Positions 11,219 to 21,564 of a stretch of DNA of 64,000 bases are shown piece by piece (the first letter of the stretch is position 1; each line of letters begins with the position of its first letter). Under the pieces are notes generated by a model. It did no database searches, was not told the origin of the DNA, and saw nothing but the letters and a program-made list of their open reading frames with translations. The stretch spans positions 32,753-96,752 of the forward strand of contig JAKBCC010000001.1 in NCBI GenBank assembly GCA_021808105.1, read 5' to 3'. This DNA comes from Planctomycetota bacterium (GTDB lineage Bacteria > Planctomycetota > Phycisphaerae > WQYP01). A program made the translations under genes and the position numbers.

Positions 11219-12304
11219 TTGGTCCGAAGATTCGCTGCAAGCATACTGGTCGGCACAATCGTATGGAGTGTAACGGCGTTTGTATTAAACGTCAGCGGCA
11301 TGGGCAGCCCGCAGCGGCCGCTCACCCAGCGATTAGCACCGTTGCCGCCGCTGCATTATCCGATTTCCGGTGTGCCGCCCATCCGTGGTTTTTCAATGCA
11401 ATTGGATAATCCCCGCGGAATATCCGGATATCTGCGCTGCATCGTAAAGCTGCGAGCCATGGGTTGTACCTGGATTAACTTTGTCATCAACGCCCGGCAG
11501 CATGATGTCCATGCCGACAATATTCATATCGATCCGCAGGTTTCACTGACACCTCTGCAGATACATGAGGTACTTCTGGCGGCCCATCATCTGGGCATCC
11601 ACACGATGCTTATGCCTATCGTGTTATTGAATCATGCCACCGGCAACGATTGGCGCGGGGTCATAAAACCCAAAAGCTGGAGCCTCTGGTTTACCCGCTA
11701 CCGCGCCTACATTCTGGCGGCTGCCACCTGGGCGCAGCAAGCGCACGTGAATGTTTTCTGTGTGGGCAGCGAGTTGCTTTCCACCGAACCTTTTAACACA
11801 CAATGGCTGCGCATAATCCGACTGGTGCGGCTGCGCTTTACCGGCAAACTTACCTACAGCGCGAACTGGGATCATTATCAGTATGTTCATTTCTGGCCAC
11901 AGCTTAATTACATCGGTATGAATTCCTATTACGATCTTTCCGATTCCAAGGATCCTTCCGTCGCCGAAGTCGTCGCCCACTGGCAACGCATTAAAAATCG
12001 CATTTTGACGTTCGCCGCACGCGAACGAAAGCCGGTGCTGTTTACCGAAATCGGTTGGGATAATCTGGACAACACGTTGGCCAAGCCATGGGATTATGTT
12101 GGCACGGGGCTGATCAATCCGTCCAATCAGGCCATTGCCTATCAGGCGTTTGTACGCGTCTGGCGGAAATTGCCCGAAAGTTCTTTTGTGGGCGCTTTTA
12201 TCTGGGAATGGTATCCGGGCTGTAAACCAACCGACTACGGAGCCTACTCGCCACAAGGCGAACCCGTACTACCGCTGATCCGCCATTGGATTTCGGGCAA
12301 ATAA
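11219..12304 (+). CDS. putative TIM-barrel glycoside hydrolase (GH5/GH113-like), membrane-anchored
   Basis: Hydrophobic N-terminus. VLFTEIGWDN (candidate nucleophile Glu) and NWDHYQ/FWEWYPG motifs. TTG start in the ORF track; true start uncertain. Confidence 0.5.
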   Translation: MVRRFAASILVGTIVWSVTAFVLNVSGMGSPQRPLTQRLAPLPPLHYPISGVPPIRGFSMQLDNPRGISGYLRCIVKLRAMGCTWINFVINARQHDVHADNIHIDPQVSLTPLQIHEVLLAAHHLGIHTMLMPIVLLNHATGNDWRGVIKPKSWSLWFTRYRAYILAAATWAQQAHVNVFCVGSELLSTEPFNTQWLRIIRLVRLRFTGKLTYSANWDHYQYVHFWPQLNYIGMNSYYDLSDSKDPSVAEVVAHWQRIKNRILTFAARERKPVLFTEIGWDNLDNTLAKPWDYVGTGLINPSNQAIAYQAFVRVWRKLPESSFVGAFIWEWYPGCKPTDYGAYSPQGEPVLPLIRHWISGK

Positions 12305-13225
12305 GGCAACGGGCAGAACGCGGACGTTTTCGGGCAGATTGTGTCCAAGGGTTTCCGCTAAGGATTCGGCTTCGGCGGCTTGGTCGGACAGGATAAAAAA
12401 TGTTGAGCCGCTGCCGCTAAGATGCACGGGGCGATTGACTAACGCTGTGATTTTATCGCGTAAGGCGCGAAGAGCGGTCGTGACGGAAAATGCGGGGGCT
12501 TCAAGATCATTGCGAATCGCGGCACTGATTTCCGCAGCGCTCAAACGCGCTATTTCCTGCCAGCGGATTGGTGTGCTATCCACCGCTGCGGCTTGATGAT
12601 CAAATTCCTGATAGACATCGCGGGTGCTGGTACCGTAGGGGGGAATGATTAACACCGCAAATAAAGGGCGATGGAATGGCAACGGCTCGATAACTTCCCC
12701 GCGCCCGCGGCACACCGCCGACTGCCCATGAATAAAAAATGGCACATCACTGCCCAGCGACGCGGCGAGCTTTGACAATTCTGCCGTGGAAATCGGAAGA
12801 TTCCATAAGTGTTTCAATGCCAGCAAAGTCGTTGCGGCATCGGAACTTCCGCCCCCTAAACCACCTCCGGCGGGAATAAGCTTATGGAGATGAATCTGTG
12901 CGTGGGCGGCCACGCCGGCTGCGTCAGCCAACGCCAGCGCCGCGCGGCCCACGAGATTTTTTTCCGGCTCATCTGAAAGTTCCGCCGCCAAACCGGTGAG
13001 CTTCAGAGTCAGCGTTTCGGCCTTGCGGAATACCAGCGTGTCGCAGAGGGAAATGGGGACAAACCAGGATTCAATATCGTGAAATCCATCCGGGCGGCGT
13101 GGAAATATCCGCAGACCCAGATTTAATTTTGCCGGGGCATGAAATGTCAGCACATCCGCCGGGGCCGTTGCGGGCGTTACCGGCTGTTCGTTGCGCGGAT
13201 CAAGAGCCGAATTGTTGTGCACCAT
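12269..13225 (-). CDS. ispE: 4-diphosphocytidyl-2-C-methyl-D-erythritol kinase
   Basis: AKLNLGLRI N-terminus and GHMP kinase motif IPAGGGLGGGSSDAA. Confidence 0.9.
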   Translation of the reverse strand: MVHNNSALDPRNEQPVTPATAPADVLTFHAPAKLNLGLRIFPRRPDGFHDIESWFVPISLCDTLVFRKAETLTLKLTGLAAELSDEPEKNLVGRAALALADAAGVAAHAQIHLHKLIPAGGGLGGGSSDAATTLLALKHLWNLPISTAELSKLAASLGSDVPFFIHGQSAVCRGRGEVIEPLPFHRPLFAVLIIPPYGTSTRDVYQEFDHQAAAVDSTPIRWQEIARLSAAEISAAIRNDLEAPAFSVTTALRALRDKITALVNRPVHLSGSGSTFFILSDQAAEAESLAETLGHNLPENVRVLPVALFARNPMADQR

Positions 13226-13260
13226 CTTTTTAATTCCGTATTCCGTAACGCGTACCGATA

Positions 13261-14262
13261 TCAGCTTTCCAACGCATGATCAATAGCCTTCAACTCCTCG
13301 GCGGTAAAGGTGCGATTGCTAAGGGCTTTAACATTTTCCTGAATTTGCGACACCCGGCTGGCACCAATCAGTGCGGAGGTTACGCGCGCGTCGCGCAGCA
13401 CCCAGACCAGGGACATCTGGGCCAGGCTCTGGCCCCGGGCTAAGGCAATTTCATTGAGCGTTCGGATACGACTTTGCAATTGCGCGGTAATTCTGTCGGC
13501 CTTGAGAAAGCTGTACGATTTTGCAGCCCGCGAGTCTTCCGGAATATCCGTAAGATATTTATTGGTCAATAGCCCTTGCGCCAGCGGGCAGAACGCAATC
13601 GCTCCCACTCCTTGTTCCCCCAGCACATCCAGCAGTTCGCTTTCAACCCAGCGTTCAAGCATGGAATAGCGCGGCTGATGAATCAGACAGGGCGTACCGA
13701 GGGATTTCAAAATCGCAAACGCCCGTCGGGCCTCAGGGGGTTTATAGTTTGACAGCGCCACGTAAAGCGCTTTGCCCTGCCGCACGGCCGCGTCCAAAGC
13801 ACCCATGGTTTCTTCCAGGGGCGTTTCCGGATCGGGGCGATGGGAATAGAAAATATCCACATAATCCAGGCCCATGCGTTGCAGGCTCTGATCCAGGCTG
13901 GCCAGCAGATACTTGCGCGACCCCCAATCACCATACGGCCCGGACCACATCGTGTAACCGGCTTTGGTGGAGATAATCAGTTCATCCCGCCACGGATGCA
14001 GATCCTGCTGCAATAAGCGCCCGAAGTTTTCCTCGGCTGATCCGGGTGGTGGTCCATAATTATTAGCCAGATCGAAATGGGTAATGCCCAGGTCAAAGGC
14101 ACAACGCAGCATGGCGCGTTGATTTTCAAGCAGATCCACCCCGCCGAAGTTATGCCACAATCCCAAGGAAATTGCCGGCAGCTTAAGTCCGGATTTACCG
14201 CAGCGGTTGTATACCATTGCCTCATACCGGTTGGATGTCGGCACCCAGGGATTCATTTGCAT
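13261..14262 (-). CDS. aldo/keto reductase, L-glyceraldehyde-3-phosphate reductase (YghZ)-like
   Basis: YNRCGKSGLKLPAISLGLWHNFG closely matches the YghZ/Kv-beta AKR N-terminus. Confidence 0.85.
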   Translation of the reverse strand: MQMNPWVPTSNRYEAMVYNRCGKSGLKLPAISLGLWHNFGGVDLLENQRAMLRCAFDLGITHFDLANNYGPPPGSAEENFGRLLQQDLHPWRDELIISTKAGYTMWSGPYGDWGSRKYLLASLDQSLQRMGLDYVDIFYSHRPDPETPLEETMGALDAAVRQGKALYVALSNYKPPEARRAFAILKSLGTPCLIHQPRYSMLERWVESELLDVLGEQGVGAIAFCPLAQGLLTNKYLTDIPEDSRAAKSYSFLKADRITAQLQSRIRTLNEIALARGQSLAQMSLVWVLRDARVTSALIGASRVSQIQENVKALSNRTFTAEELKAIDHALES

Positions 14263-14408
14263 AAAAGCTCCAAAACAGTGTCACGTGGGCCGGCTCGTGC
14301 GGCCCACGGCAACCGCCATCACGACGAATTTATCCGTTCATGACCGGTTTGGGAAGTTCCAACCGGCACTCTGCTCCGCAACCTTGCAGTTCCAGTTCAA
14401 CGTCTAAG

Positions 14409-15767
14409 TTATGCAACAGGCGCAGCCGCCTGCCATTCGCGTGGTGTTTCCCAATGCCACATGGTAAATAATCCTACCGCCCAAAGTGCTAACGCGGAAT
14501 ACGTAACCAATCCCAGACCGCGAAGAATATAAAACGGCGGCGGCAGCACCGTCATAATGTGTGAGGCGGCAAAAAAAATCAGCACCCAGCCCAACGCCCC
14601 CCCCAGAGGAAGCATTCGGTCCTGTTCCCAGCGCGCCGCCAGAAGCGCTGTAATCAGGGGCAGCACCATACAGAAATAGTGCGGGTGACAAATGGGAATA
14701 ATCGGCATCATGATGGTGATCAGCACACCAAGGAACAGGTTGCGAAAAATCGGATCATCTTTTCGTCGCATAAATTCCACCAGCAGCGTGATGGCCACAA
14801 GGACAGCCGATATTCCCCAATGCGCCAATTTCATCCATTTTGCCGGGGCCGGGGCGTGGCGGCCAATGTAAAGCGTATGATCAATCATCGCTTCAAAGCT
14901 TGTTGAATCAGTCTTATTAATATCCAAAAGTTCCTTGTCACGGGAAGCGTTATGATTCAATCCAAACGCCGGCTCTAAAACCACTTGCGCAAAACGACGA
15001 TACCCGGCCACCATATGGTGCGGCCCCATGATAATCCCTGGGACAACCAGCAAGCCGGCAACCAACGCCGCCGCCATACCCAGAAGATAAGTTCCCCGCA
15101 GGCGCGATATTCCATAGAGAATTAAAAATCCGGGAAAAACTTTTAACGCTGCCGCCAGACCCGTGGCACATCCGGCCCAGAAGCGTTTTCGGGTGGCCAG
15201 AGCAGCCCCGGCAAAGCAAAACAGCATCAAAAGGACGCTATTGACCTGTCCGCGCACGACCGCCCGGCCAATGGCCGGAAGGCAGATCAATATAGGAATA
15301 ATACGAAGTGCCCACCACCTGCGGCAAAAGCGCGGCATGTTGCGCACGGCGGGATCGGTACACGTTTTTTCCAGGGCTTGCGCCAGCGCGTGGCTCCCCC
15401 ACCAGATACAGGCAATACTGATAAGAAACCAGACCGCCACGGAAACGGGATAGGGCAGTAACCCCGCGCGGCCGAATTTAGCCGGTGCGTCGGCCAGGGG
15501 ATACAAAAGCGTTGCCAGCAGAGGGGGATAATTGTAATGCCAGCCATTGGTATCGGTGACGTTGTAGGGATCTTTGTGCACACGCACGGCCCAGGCGGCG
15601 CGAAAATAGGTGTCAACATCCGTCATTCGTCGGCTAAGAAACGCGGACCGAACTTCCGTAACGCATCCGAAAGCCAGCACGCCGATCAGCAGCGCGATCA
15701 GACCCAAACGTTCAATTTTTGTCAGCGGGTCAAATGGGCCGATCTTCGTGGTGCTGGGTGTCTTCAC
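14409..15767 (-). CDS. DUF2029/GT87-like integral membrane glycosyltransferase
   Basis: About 11 predicted TM helices. An aromatic-rich cytoplasmic loop resembles mannosyltransferase-like GT-C enzymes. Family call is tentative. Confidence 0.45.
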   Translation of the reverse strand: MKTPSTTKIGPFDPLTKIERLGLIALLIGVLAFGCVTEVRSAFLSRRMTDVDTYFRAAWAVRVHKDPYNVTDTNGWHYNYPPLLATLLYPLADAPAKFGRAGLLPYPVSVAVWFLISIACIWWGSHALAQALEKTCTDPAVRNMPRFCRRWWALRIIPILICLPAIGRAVVRGQVNSVLLMLFCFAGAALATRKRFWAGCATGLAAALKVFPGFLILYGISRLRGTYLLGMAAALVAGLLVVPGIIMGPHHMVAGYRRFAQVVLEPAFGLNHNASRDKELLDINKTDSTSFEAMIDHTLYIGRHAPAPAKWMKLAHWGISAVLVAITLLVEFMRRKDDPIFRNLFLGVLITIMMPIIPICHPHYFCMVLPLITALLAARWEQDRMLPLGGALGWVLIFFAASHIMTVLPPPFYILRGLGLVTYSALALWAVGLFTMWHWETPREWQAAAPVA

Positions 15768-16375
15768 AACGGATCCTTATAGTGATTGAGCCGGTCGCTT
15801 CTGAAAAGCCGGCAAGTTTCCCGGCGCACGACACTGCGTGCGGCAACAGTTTTAGCTTGCCGGAGCCATTCCCGCAAATCTTAGAATTGCGCCCATGCGA
15901 TGTCAGGCGGAAGCAGGGCATTGCGTTGCGTATAAGCAGTCCAAGCTGCTACTGCACTAACTTTAGGCACGGGATTATCAGGATGTCGGCCCGCCGTACA
16001 TGCCTATTTTCAACGTCCTATTGATTCTTGAAGCGAGTCTGTCCAATAATCAGGCAAAACGTCCTGCTTTTTCCATATAAAATCCACTTCATAAAATTAT
16101 GGGCCGCAATTGTCCGGAGATTCTCCAAAAAAAATCCGCCGTATGTCGTACTGGCACGAGAGTTGCAATATATCTAACGTGCGGCAAGGACCGCGGGAGT
16201 GACAGAGAATGCAAGAACGTCGAGACCGAAAGAACGTGACGGTGCTCGAATGTGACAAGTAAATATGGATCGTGTATGGCGCAGGCCCGCCGCTTCCCGG
16301 GCACAACGTGGAGGTCTGTGCTGGTGAGATCTGCACCATACACTATCGCTTAAACTCGTTTCCTCCTCCGCCAGG

Positions 16376-16411
16376 CCGTGTGGACCTACCCTCCTCCACA
16401 CGGCTTTTTTA
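16376..16411 (+). terminator. intrinsic terminator-like hairpin (9 bp stem ccgtgtgga/tccacacgg, loop cctaccctcc, then CTTTTTTATT)
   Basis: Perfect 9 bp inverted repeat followed by a T-run on the + strand. No + strand CDS lies upstream within 600 nt. Confidence 0.5.
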
Positions 16412-16413
16412 TT

Positions 16414-16454
16414 GCGCTGAAAACTATTGTACTGAAAACGGCGCTGAAAACTAT
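16414..16454 (+). promoter_or_regulatory. direct repeats GCGCTGAAAACTAT x2 with a third CTGAAAAC, 60 nt upstream of citrate synthase
   Basis: Seen directly at 16414-16427, 16431-16439 and 16441-16454. Confidence 0.4.
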
Positions 16455-16513
16455 ACGATTCCACCCGCAGCGTGTATTATGAGCACCTCTGATGTGCGTT
16501 CAGGAGTAATCGT

Positions 16514-17653
16514 ATGACCCAGACCCCCCTGACTACCGTCGCCGCAACCAGCGGAGGCCTGCGCGACATCGTGGCGTTAAGCTCTTCGATTTGCTCAATT
16601 GAAAACGGCGTGCTCACCTATCGCGGTATTACCATCGACGAACTGGCGGAAAATTCCACGTTTGAAGAAGTGGTATTTTTGCTTTGGAACGCTCGGCTGC
16701 CCACGCGTGCGGAGCTGGACGATTTGCGACAATCGATCGCGGAGCAGGCACTCCTGCCTGAAGGTCTTCTGGCCATGATGAAGTCCTTTCCCCGTCGCAG
16801 CACACCGATGGAAGCTTTGCGCACCGCCGCCAGCGCCATGGCCATGTTTGACGCCGAATCAGAAGATATGTCCGCAGCGGCCAATCAGCGAAAATCCGTG
16901 CGGATTCTGGGCCAGATGGCCGGCGTCGTAGCGGCGTATGATCGTATCCGTAACGACCGCGAACCCCTGGCACCACGGCGCGACTTGAACCTGGCGGCCA
17001 ATTTTTTATACATGCTCACCGGACGTTCACCCGAACCATTGGCCACCCGTGCCCTGGACAAAGCCTATATTCTCCATGCCGATCACGAATTAAATGCCAG
17101 TACCTTCGCGGCGCGCGTCGCGGCGGGGACGCTGACCGATATGCACTCAGCACTGGTCGCCGCCATTTGCGCCTTAAAAGGCCCGCTGCACGGGGGAGCC
17201 AACGAGCAGGTCATGCGGATGCTTAATGAAATCGGCAACCCGGACACCGTGGACGCCTATATCCGGGCCAAGCTGGATAACCATGAAAAAATTATGGGTT
17301 TTGGACACGCGGTATATAAAAACGGTGATCCCCGCGCGCGGCACCTGAAGGAAATGTCACGCCAGCTCGGCACGCTGACCGGGCAGCAGCGCTGGTATGA
17401 AATGTCCGTGCGCATTGAAGACATGGTGGTACGAACCAAAAATCTAAAACCGAATGTCGATTTTTACAGCGCCTCGGTGTACCACTACCTGCACATACCG
17501 GCTGATCTTTTTACCCCGATTTTCGCCATCAGCCGCACCAGCGGATGGATTGCCCACATCCTGGAGCAATATTCGAATAACAAGCTTATCCGACCCCGCG
17601 CGGAATATATCGGGCCGCGCAATCAGCACTGGAAATCCTTTGAATCCCGCTGA
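16514..17653 (+). CDS. gltA: citrate synthase (or 2-methylcitrate synthase)
   Basis: GFGHAVYKNGDPRA and HEL active-site regions. AGGAG ribosome-binding site. Confidence 0.9.
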   Translation: MTQTPLTTVAATSGGLRDIVALSSSICSIENGVLTYRGITIDELAENSTFEEVVFLLWNARLPTRAELDDLRQSIAEQALLPEGLLAMMKSFPRRSTPMEALRTAASAMAMFDAESEDMSAAANQRKSVRILGQMAGVVAAYDRIRNDREPLAPRRDLNLAANFLYMLTGRSPEPLATRALDKAYILHADHELNASTFAARVAAGTLTDMHSALVAAICALKGPLHGGANEQVMRMLNEIGNPDTVDAYIRAKLDNHEKIMGFGHAVYKNGDPRARHLKEMSRQLGTLTGQQRWYEMSVRIEDMVVRTKNLKPNVDFYSASVYHYLHIPADLFTPIFAISRTSGWIAHILEQYSNNKLIRPRAEYIGPRNQHWKSFESR

Positions 17654-17698
17654 TGGGGTGCTTCTCACCAGGCCGCGAAATTAAATTCCGCAGCGCTT

Positions 17699-18403
17699 AT
17701 GGGGCTTGATGCTATGAACATTCTGGTAATTGGACCCCATCCCGACGATCAGGAACTCGCTATGGGCGCTACGATTGCACTGCTGACACGCCAGAAGCAT
17801 CACGTGACTTTGCTGGACATGACCAACGGGGAACCGACGCCTTTCGGTACGCCGGAAACGCGGGCCGCGGAATCCGCCGCGGCCGCCGGAATTTTGGGTG
17901 CCACGCGCCTGGCACTGGGCCTGAAAAATCGTGAAGTGACATGGAGCATTGCCGCCCGCCACGCGACCGCTTCGGTGTTTCGCCGCCTTCGACCGGATAT
18001 CGTATTTCTTCCCTACCCGAATGACGCTCATCCGGATCATCGTCAAGTGACGCAAATCGCGGAAGACGCGCGGTTTGACGCCAAGCTGACTAAATCCAAT
18101 ATTCCCGGTGAACCTTTTTATCCACCGCGATTAATCTACTATTTCTGTTCGCACCTGCGGTTTAATTTTCCGGCCTCTTTCTGCGTGGATGTTGCGGACA
18201 CCATGGATATAAAACGTCAGGCCGTGCGGTGTTACGCATCTCAGTTCAGTGCGGGAAGAGCCGTAGAAGCGCAATGGGAAATCCTCAAATACGTTGAGAA
18301 TATCAACGGATATTTCGGCGGGACCATTCGCCGCCCATTTGCGGAACCGTTTTTTGTACAGGAAACGCTGGGGTTAAAAACCCTGGATGGGCTGGCTTTT
18401 TAA
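17699..18403 (+). CDS. PIG-L/LmbE family deacetylase
   Basis: ILVIGPHPDDQELAMGATIA and HPDH motifs. Confidence 0.8.
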   Translation: MGLDAMNILVIGPHPDDQELAMGATIALLTRQKHHVTLLDMTNGEPTPFGTPETRAAESAAAAGILGATRLALGLKNREVTWSIAARHATASVFRRLRPDIVFLPYPNDAHPDHRQVTQIAEDARFDAKLTKSNIPGEPFYPPRLIYYFCSHLRFNFPASFCVDVADTMDIKRQAVRCYASQFSAGRAVEAQWEILKYVENINGYFGGTIRRPFAEPFFVQETLGLKTLDGLAF

Positions 18404-18452
18404 GTTAGGGTGTTGTAAGTTTTATTTTTTTAGCAACAAGGATAACGACCGC

Positions 18453-19586
18453 ATGACTAAAGAATCGCAAAGTGCAAAAGTAGAAGTCGCCGACTCCCCC
18501 CGCCGCGGAGGACCGCCGAAGATTCATAAATATTTTGAAGTTGTGACCAAGGTGGAGGGCAGCGATTTGCATATCAAGGCCGACGTACTGCCGCGGGTGC
18601 GCAAATCCGGACGTCTGGTTCCCACGACGGGCTCACCGATGACCAATGCGGAAATAGAAGCCATGGTCAAAGAAATGCTCACCGATGAGCAGTGGCATGA
18701 TTTCCTGCATCGCGGATCCCTGGATATCGCTTACGCTGTAACGCCCACCGAGCGATTCCGTGTCAACATTTTTCGCCAGCGCGGCATGGTCAGCATGGCG
18801 GCGCGGCGCATTAATCCGAAAATCCCCAATTTCGCGCAGTTGCACCTGCCCGAAGTTTTTGAAAAAATTGCGGAAAATGAACAGGGACTGGTCATGCTGG
18901 CGGGCATCACCGGCAGCGGCAAAAGCACCACGATTGCCGCAATGCTTCAACAGGTTAATGATCGGCGATCCTGCCATATTATCACCATTGAGGACCCCAT
19001 TGAATACACGTATGTAGATCAGAAGGCCTTCATTAACCAGCGCGAAGTCGGCCTGGATGTTGAAAGCTTTGAAATGGCGATTCGCTACATGATGCGTGAA
19101 GACCCCGATGTTATTCTGATCGGGGAAATGCGTGACCGCCTGACATTTCAGGCTGCGGTTCAGGCCACGGAAACCGGGCACATGGTTTTTTCCACCATTC
19201 ATGCCGCCAGCGCTCCGGGAGCGATCACACGCGTCCTGGAATTGTTTCCTCCGGATATGCACATGAACATGCGCCAGGCTATCGCCAACAATATGAAGGC
19301 GATTATTTTCCAGAAGCTTGTACCGGCCATTGATCCCGCCGTTGGCCGGGTACCGGTGGTGGAGGTCATGTTAAATTCACCTTCGGTCAGAAAATACATA
19401 CTTGAAGGCCGGGAAAATGAATTGACACAGGTCATCCGGTCGGAGCGCGGAGCCGGGATGATTGACTTTAATGATATGCTCTGCGAGCTGGTGGCCAGCG
19501 AAACCATTACCCATAAAGAGGCGTATATAGCCTCTCCCAATCCGGATGAATTGCGTATGCGCATGAAGGGTATTCGCACCAATTGA
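18453..19586 (+). CDS. pilT: type IV pilus retraction ATPase PilT/PilU family
   Basis: Walker A GITGSGKSTT, Asp box IEDPIE, Walker B ILIGEMRD, His box TGHMVFSTIHA. ATG at 18453 with AGGA ribosome-binding site. The longer ORF-track start adds a non-homologous extension. Confidence 0.9.
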   Translation: MTKESQSAKVEVADSPRRGGPPKIHKYFEVVTKVEGSDLHIKADVLPRVRKSGRLVPTTGSPMTNAEIEAMVKEMLTDEQWHDFLHRGSLDIAYAVTPTERFRVNIFRQRGMVSMAARRINPKIPNFAQLHLPEVFEKIAENEQGLVMLAGITGSGKSTTIAAMLQQVNDRRSCHIITIEDPIEYTYVDQKAFINQREVGLDVESFEMAIRYMMREDPDVILIGEMRDRLTFQAAVQATETGHMVFSTIHAASAPGAITRVLELFPPDMHMNMRQAIANNMKAIIFQKLVPAIDPAVGRVPVVEVMLNSPSVRKYILEGRENELTQVIRSERGAGMIDFNDMLCELVASETITHKEAYIASPNPDELRMRMKGIRTN

Positions 19587-19681
19587 CGCCCCCGGCGGAC
19601 TGGTTCCCGGGGATCAGGTACAGCGTCAAAGAGCATTCTGTATGGAAATCTCTGGCATAATTGGCCGGATCATGGTAAGTT

Positions 19682-21496
19682 TTGCATTTGGCGGCGCGCG
19701 GGATCAGTCCGATCCGGCGTGCGAAGGCAGGAATGATTGCTTTGATGTACGTAAATATAATTTATGTTGCGGCAGCGGTTGCGGTTCTGGTGCTGTGGGG
19801 CCGTTTTCTGGTCTGGATTGATAATGATCTTCCTAACATGCCCGAACAACCGGCGCAATTATGGAAAGGCGTGCTGCTGGCTTCGGTTGCCATCCTCCTG
19901 CTGATCTGGCTGCTGATTCCGAATTTCTGGTTTGCCCTGATATTAAACATATTTATTCCCGCAGCTTTGCTGGGTTATTATTGGCGGACGCGCGTGCAGG
20001 TGTTGGGATCCTCAGGGGACCTGCTGGGCGTTATATCCGGCCACATGGAGCAGTTTTCAGCCGGGCGGCAGGCAAAAAAATCTGTTTCACAACTGGGCTT
20101 GCGGTATGAAGGAAAGGGCGGACGGCCCCTGCCTCTGCCGGCGGTAGAAGACGCGGGCTACAACGGTGTCGTACTGCTGGATCAATTGCTGATACAGGGC
20201 CTGGAAAATCGGGCCCAGCGAATTGATCTGATGCCGTCGGATCAGGCTTATGAAATGTCGTTCAGCACCGACGGCGTGTCCTATCCACAATCCGGAATGC
20301 AGCGACCCAATGCCGAACCGCTGATTCAAGCCGTCAAACAGCTTACCGGCCTTTCGCTGGAAGAACGGCGGCGGCCGCAATCTGCGGTCTTTACCACCCG
20401 CGACGCGGACAATAATCCGGTACATTGGACCGCCAATACCAGCGGAACAACCGCCGGTGAACGGTTATGGCTTCAGATAAACGCCAAAGATAACTGGAAA
20501 ATGCCCCTGGATCATCTGGGCATGTCCTCCGAACAACTCACTGCGTTGCGTGAAGTGTTGCAGGGCAATGAAGGCCTGATTATCGTATCATCTCCCCCAC
20601 ACATGGGCCGAACAACCACGCTTTATTCCCTGCTGGCGAATCATGACGCGTATACCACCAGCATCAATACCTTTGAAATTAACCCCCGTGCAGATTTCGA
20701 ATCCATCTCCTTAACCCGATTCGACCCCGCGGCGGTCAATGCCAGTCACTCTAAAGCCTTGCAAAGCCTCATGCTGAAAGACCCGCATATTCTGATGGTG
20801 GCGCAATGCCCGGACGCGGCAACTGCGGAATTGATTGCGAAATATTCTCGTGAAGAGCATCGCGTTTACGTTGGCCTGCGAGCCAACGATGCCATTACCG
20901 CGCTGGAACTCTGGCGTAAGGTTTTGCCGGATAATCAGGTGGCGGCAGCGCCCTTGCGAGCGATCATCTCCCAGCGGTTGGTGCGGCTGCTTTGCCCGAC
21001 CTGTAAAATCGCCTATCAACCGGACGAGGCGATGCTGGCCAAGTTGAATTTACCAGTTGGCCGCGACCTCTCGGCATTTAAGGCCAATACGCAACCCGCG
21101 CGTGATCAAAAAGGGAACTTGATTAAGTGTCCGGATTGCGCCAGCCTGGGCTATCGCGGACAAAGCGGGATATTCGAAATCCTGGTAATCAATGACGAAA
21201 TCCGCAGGGCCATTGCCACCGGGCGGCCGGCTGAAGAACTCCGGACCTTGTCGCGTAAAAATAATATGATGTTCCTGGTGGAGCACGGATTCAGAAAATT
21301 TGCACTGGGGATTACCTCCATTCAGGAAGTGATTCGCGTATGCACCCCGGATAAAAAGCCGGCAGCCAGACCCAAAGCCGCTGGTTCAGGTGCTTCCCGC
21401 GCCGGTGCGGCGGGGAAGATGCCGGGGCAAAGCCAGGCCGGTGCCAGCAGTGCCGGTAATTCACGGGCCGGCGGATCGTCCGCTGGAAACAGTTAA
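19682..21496 (+). CDS. membrane-anchored GspE/PilB-like pseudo-ATPase (catalytic motifs degenerate)
   Basis: Three N-terminal TM helices. The GspE-like core has its Walker A replaced by SSPPHMGRTTT, Walker B by MVAQCPD and His box by EEHRVYVGL. The C-terminal CPTC...CPDC zinc motif is retained. Gly/Ala/Ser-rich tail. Confidence 0.7.
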   Translation: MHLAARGISPIRRAKAGMIALMYVNIIYVAAAVAVLVLWGRFLVWIDNDLPNMPEQPAQLWKGVLLASVAILLLIWLLIPNFWFALILNIFIPAALLGYYWRTRVQVLGSSGDLLGVISGHMEQFSAGRQAKKSVSQLGLRYEGKGGRPLPLPAVEDAGYNGVVLLDQLLIQGLENRAQRIDLMPSDQAYEMSFSTDGVSYPQSGMQRPNAEPLIQAVKQLTGLSLEERRRPQSAVFTTRDADNNPVHWTANTSGTTAGERLWLQINAKDNWKMPLDHLGMSSEQLTALREVLQGNEGLIIVSSPPHMGRTTTLYSLLANHDAYTTSINTFEINPRADFESISLTRFDPAAVNASHSKALQSLMLKDPHILMVAQCPDAATAELIAKYSREEHRVYVGLRANDAITALELWRKVLPDNQVAAAPLRAIISQRLVRLLCPTCKIAYQPDEAMLAKLNLPVGRDLSAFKANTQPARDQKGNLIKCPDCASLGYRGQSGIFEILVINDEIRRAIATGRPAEELRTLSRKNNMMFLVEHGFRKFALGITSIQEVIRVCTPDKKPAARPKAAGSGASRAGAAGKMPGQSQAGASSAGNSRAGGSSAGNS

Positions 21497-21564
21497 GTGA
21501 CACAGGTGTACGAATTGCTTGCCGGATTGCGATTCAAACGCCATAGCACATTGGAAGATCCTAG

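Noticed and set aside
14292-14318. Inverted repeat CGTGGGCCG-gctcgtg-CGGCCCACG between the GT87 and AKR genes
   Set aside because: No adjacent T-run on the minus strand; possibly a weak terminator or binding site; insufficient evidence.
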